DNA of 59,603 bases, filler included, from Porpidia crustulata (lineage: Eukaryota), in the NCBI GenBank assembly GCA_964255105.1. It is 6 parts of 6 records of this genome, joined end to end, with 100 filler letters (N's around TTAATTAATTAA, not from the genome) between each part and the next. Parts side by side here need not be neighbours in the genome. Positions count along the whole stretch, not along the records: positions 49,769 to 59,603 come from CAXUWE010000878.1; 5 more parts are not named here. One strand, 5' to 3'. This document shows positions 55,901-59,603 of this stretch, one piece after another. The position numbers were made by a program, and so were the translations under genes. The notes under the pieces were generated by a model. That model had not been told where the DNA came from. It did no database searches and saw only the letters and a list, made by a program, of their open reading frames with translations. Each line of letters starts with the position of its first letter. Positions within the stretch are counted from its first letter, which is position 1.

Positions 55901-57562
55901 TCCTTCCGCGCGGCTTTGCGGGAGATTCGACAAGTCGGTCCGTAACATGTCGAGACCGTGCGGGGGTGTTGATGCTCCCGAATGGCTATCCTATAAGCAT
56001 ACATTCAAAATAAAAGCGCTGAGCTTATATTAAGTGTACATATTCTTCGAAGATAAGATGTGACATGCTTATATGCGAGCCACTTCCGATGGATGAGAGG
56101 ATCTTTGTGGCGACAAGGTTGTCTCAGATTACTCCACAGTCTCCACAGTCTGAATCCTTCATCTTTCCCCAAGTCAGCGTTGTCGAGTAATAAGACTTGT
56201 TTCCTACGAAACCACTAGCGTCAATATCTCTCGTTGTGATGATGAGCCAGCATGTATCCACCTATATGAGTGGGGAAAGAGGCTCGCGTAACGCAGACCA
56301 GGAAAGACTTAATGTGGCCATACCATAATTTTTGCGTGTTGCAAGGCAGATCCCGGGTATTTGAGCAAATTCAACTCGTCTCTGGAAACAAAAGCTTGCT
56401 GATGACGACCTGAAGATAACGAGGCTCGTGCTGCCCCGGGCGGCTATTAACGATGACGGAGATTGCTCGAGCCACATTGAAACATTGCCTTTTTGATTTT
56501 TAACAAGATGTTATCCCATAGTAGTGAGATTGCAGAAAATGTGAGAGATGACCTAGAATCTATGATCGTTCGTTGTGAACGGGTGCGTAAGAATGCAACA
56601 TATTCAGAGGATTTTTAATATATTCTGACCTCACTCAATGCCCCAAGTGTCTTTTCGCCAAAGACATAGCTTGGGAGAAGTTGGCAAATATTGACAGGAC
56701 GATGCACTGCAAGACCACCCTTCATTCCATAGTATTTCCAGGGCTTTTCACATTATACTGCCAGCCGGCTTTGATGACGAGTAAACATTGTGTTTGAAGA
56801 AAGGGTAGAAGACTGGTAAACAGCCTTATATATGGATAGCCTAGCGATAAAACAGGGAAGAAAGAGCAGGAGCTGCTGTATAACAGCGAGGGAATGTATG
56901 AAACTTGTACGAGTCGTGTCATATCAAGCTAGATTTTATACCAACACGTTCTGGATGGCACATTGATTTTCGTATGATGCAAAAAAGATGTGGCCAAATT
57001 TGGTGTTGTGACGATCGTTTCGCAATCGCAGTGATTGTCCACATCCACCACAACAAAGTACCAAAAATCTTCTTCGCAAGGCCCGAGAGCTGCTATTGGC
57101 GGCCTCCTCTGGAAGGATGAAAGAATTGCTAATGCTGTCTGGGTACGGTCCGGGCCTCAGTGAGGTGATATGTAATTCTACATCAAATAAGTGTGTTAAC
57201 AGTGTATCCACTTGGCCGAGCGGAGGACTTTCATACGGTATCTCCCCGTTTAGCGATTATGGCTCAACAGCGATCTCCTAAGATCATGAAGAGACCCAAT
57301 TTATCGAACACTCAGGTGTGCATTAAGTGTGCGTACGATATTTTTTTGCCGAGTGCAAGACGGAGAGACGTGGCGGAATGAATCTGACTGTTGAAAATTC
57401 CCTCGGAGTTTATTCCGGAAAAGCCGAGGAGAGGCTACTCTAGTAGGAGCCGCGCTAAGAATTGTGTCTCGACAGCTTTACCACATTTCCAACTTTTCAC
57501 CTATCTATCGCTCACCACCGCCGTCTTCACCTACACCTATAATATTATCTCATTCTTCAAGA

Positions 57563-58761
57563 ATGGCTACATCGCCTCCCTCATCATCGACAGGCTTGCC
57601 GAAAATTGATGCCGTAGTGCAGAATGTCAAAGCCCAGACTCCAGAGAAGCTCAGCGGCGTCGCACTGTACTCTCGATTCGCACTGGCTGGCGCAATATGC
57701 TGTTCCGTAACCCACGGTGGTCTGACACCTGTTGATGTGTATGTACAAGCTTAATTGGCACCAGCGAGTTGAACGGCGAACTGATCCCCTACATAGGGTC
57801 AAGACACGGATTCAACTTGATCCCATTACCTACAACAGAGGCTTGGTCGGCGGATTCCGCCAGGTCATAGCCAAGGAGGGCGCAGGTGCTCTTTTGACTG
57901 GTTTCGGTCCTACCGCCGCCGGGTACTTCTTACAAGGTGCTTTCAAGTTTGGAGGATACGAACTTTTCAAGCAGCAGTGTATAAACTATCTTGGCTATGA
58001 GACAGCATCGAATAATCGAACCGCTGTCTACCTCGCGTCAGCTGCTCTGGCTGAATTTTTTGCCGATATCGCACTTTGCCCTCTGGAAGCCACAAGAATC
58101 CGTCTTGTGTCCGAGCCCACCTTCGCGACGGGTCTGGTCAGTGGCTTCGGGAAGATTGCTAAGAATGAAGGACTTGGCGCTTTCTACTCAGGATTTGGAC
58201 CCATTCTATTCAAACAGTAAGTCAGGCTATTCTGCTAGCCTCAACTCAGTGGTCTGACACTCGTCCAGGGTCCCATATACCATGGCCAAATTCGTGGTCT
58301 TCGAGAAAGTCTCCGAGCTTGTCTACCAGCGCGTCGACAAATCGAAAACTTCGGGCGGGATGCAGACGACCATAAATTTAGGATCCGGTCTCATCGCCGG
58401 TTTCGCCGCAGCCATTATCTCTCAGCCCGCCGATACAATGCTGAGTAAAATCAACAAGACCAAGGGATTACCAGGAGAAGGTACCACAAGCCGCCTGGTC
58501 AAAATCGCGAAAGAACTCGGACTTCGTGGCAGTTTCAGCGGTATTGGGGCTAGGTTATTCATGGTTGGAACATTGACTGGTAAATCTCATTCGTGTCCAT
58601 AATCCAGCTTGCATTTGCTAACGCGACCACTCTACCAGCGGGACAATTCGCCATCTACGGTGACATCAAGAAAGCTCTAGGTAATTCCTTCACCTCTGGA
58701 AATTATCTCGCATACACTGACACAACCAGGCGCAACCGGTGGTGTCGAAATCTCAAAGTAG
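57563..58761 (+). CDS. MIR1: Mitochondrial phosphate carrier
   Basis: [71 protein letters not shown] and [15 protein letters not shown]; four GT-AG introns. Confidence 0.97.
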
Positions 58762-59603
58762 AATATCATCCGCAGTCGAGCCTATTTTGAAAACGACAAC
58801 AAGCAGTGAAGAAAACATTCCTCTTGTCAACTAGCATACAATATCCAACATTCGTCCCTGGATCAAAGCGTTCGTCCCTACGCTGCATTCCGTCTACGTC
58901 ATTGCTTTTCGTTTTTCCATCCATCGCGTTGTTGTGAACACCGCGGCCACTTCATATAGATTTGGGGGCTGATGAACTGTAAATATCTAATTTCTGATCG
59001 AGAGGACAAGGCCAGAAAGTCGCTGCGCTGTCACATCTTCTCTTTTGAATACTGAGGATGTTACACAATACTTCTAGTTCTGTTCAAGAAGGGGTACCGC
59101 TTACATGCTACTTGGTCTCACACATTTCCATCTTAAAAAATCTTCGCAACGGAATCGAATAATCTACTCCTAATATTTCAGCGCTCGCGGTAAGGAAACA
59201 TCACTCCTCAGCGTTTAAAGCTGAATAATCCAATTCATTTTACATCCCTCCCATTCCAAACTTTCCAATCTCACAACTGTCCAAGAACAGAACCATTCCT
59301 CAATTTACCCCACTAATCCTCACCCACAAACCCAATCTCCCCAGAAATCCCCTAGCCATCATCCTCGATGACTCGAGTACTTCATCTAACTGTCGTATAC
59401 AGTTAAAAAAGTCAGATATTTCGTTGTTTCTTGGAAATCTATTTAGGAGACCCGTTTTTATAATCTGGAGAGCGATTCGATTTATCCAGGGTAAAAAAAC
59501 TGATCGGAGCTGACTTCTGAGCTAATCTTTCAGATAGAGAGACCGATAAATTGTGCTCAACTCCGGATAGCCCATGACCTGGTCTAGATCCATAATTATA
59601 TAC

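Overview
Eukaryotic (filamentous ascomycete, Pezizomycotina) genomic DNA with short spliceosomal introns. It is not one locus: six unrelated ~9.8 kb contigs in decreasing size order (1-9869, 9970-19827, 19928-29782, 29883-39728, 39829-49668, 49769-59603) are joined by artificial N44-TTAATTAATTAA-N44 linkers, so neighbourhoods across linkers mean nothing. Recognisable genes: SNRNP27-like RS protein (partial), an orphan 7-TM protein, an SMP/LEA-like protein, an epoxide hydrolase, bli-3, USP7/UBP15, a mitochondrial alpha-ketoacid dehydrogenase kinase, sepB/CTF4 (partial), a DUF7924-like pseudogene, an F-box protein, an ACT-family amino acid permease (partial), a GH5 endo-1,6-beta-glucanase, a Cys-rich Mid2-like membrane protein, a Zn2Cys6 transcription factor and the phosphate carrier MIR1. 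I found no tRNA, rRNA, CRISPR array or intact transposon, and no clear multi-gene novel system. Best leads: a GPCR-like orphan receptor, a LEA-like protein with an apparent mitochondrial presequence, two consecutive GC-AG introns in sepB, a nuclease-like gene broken only by in-frame stops, and abrupt GC3 enrichment at gene 3' ends near contig breaks. Family assignments come from motif recognition, not database searches.
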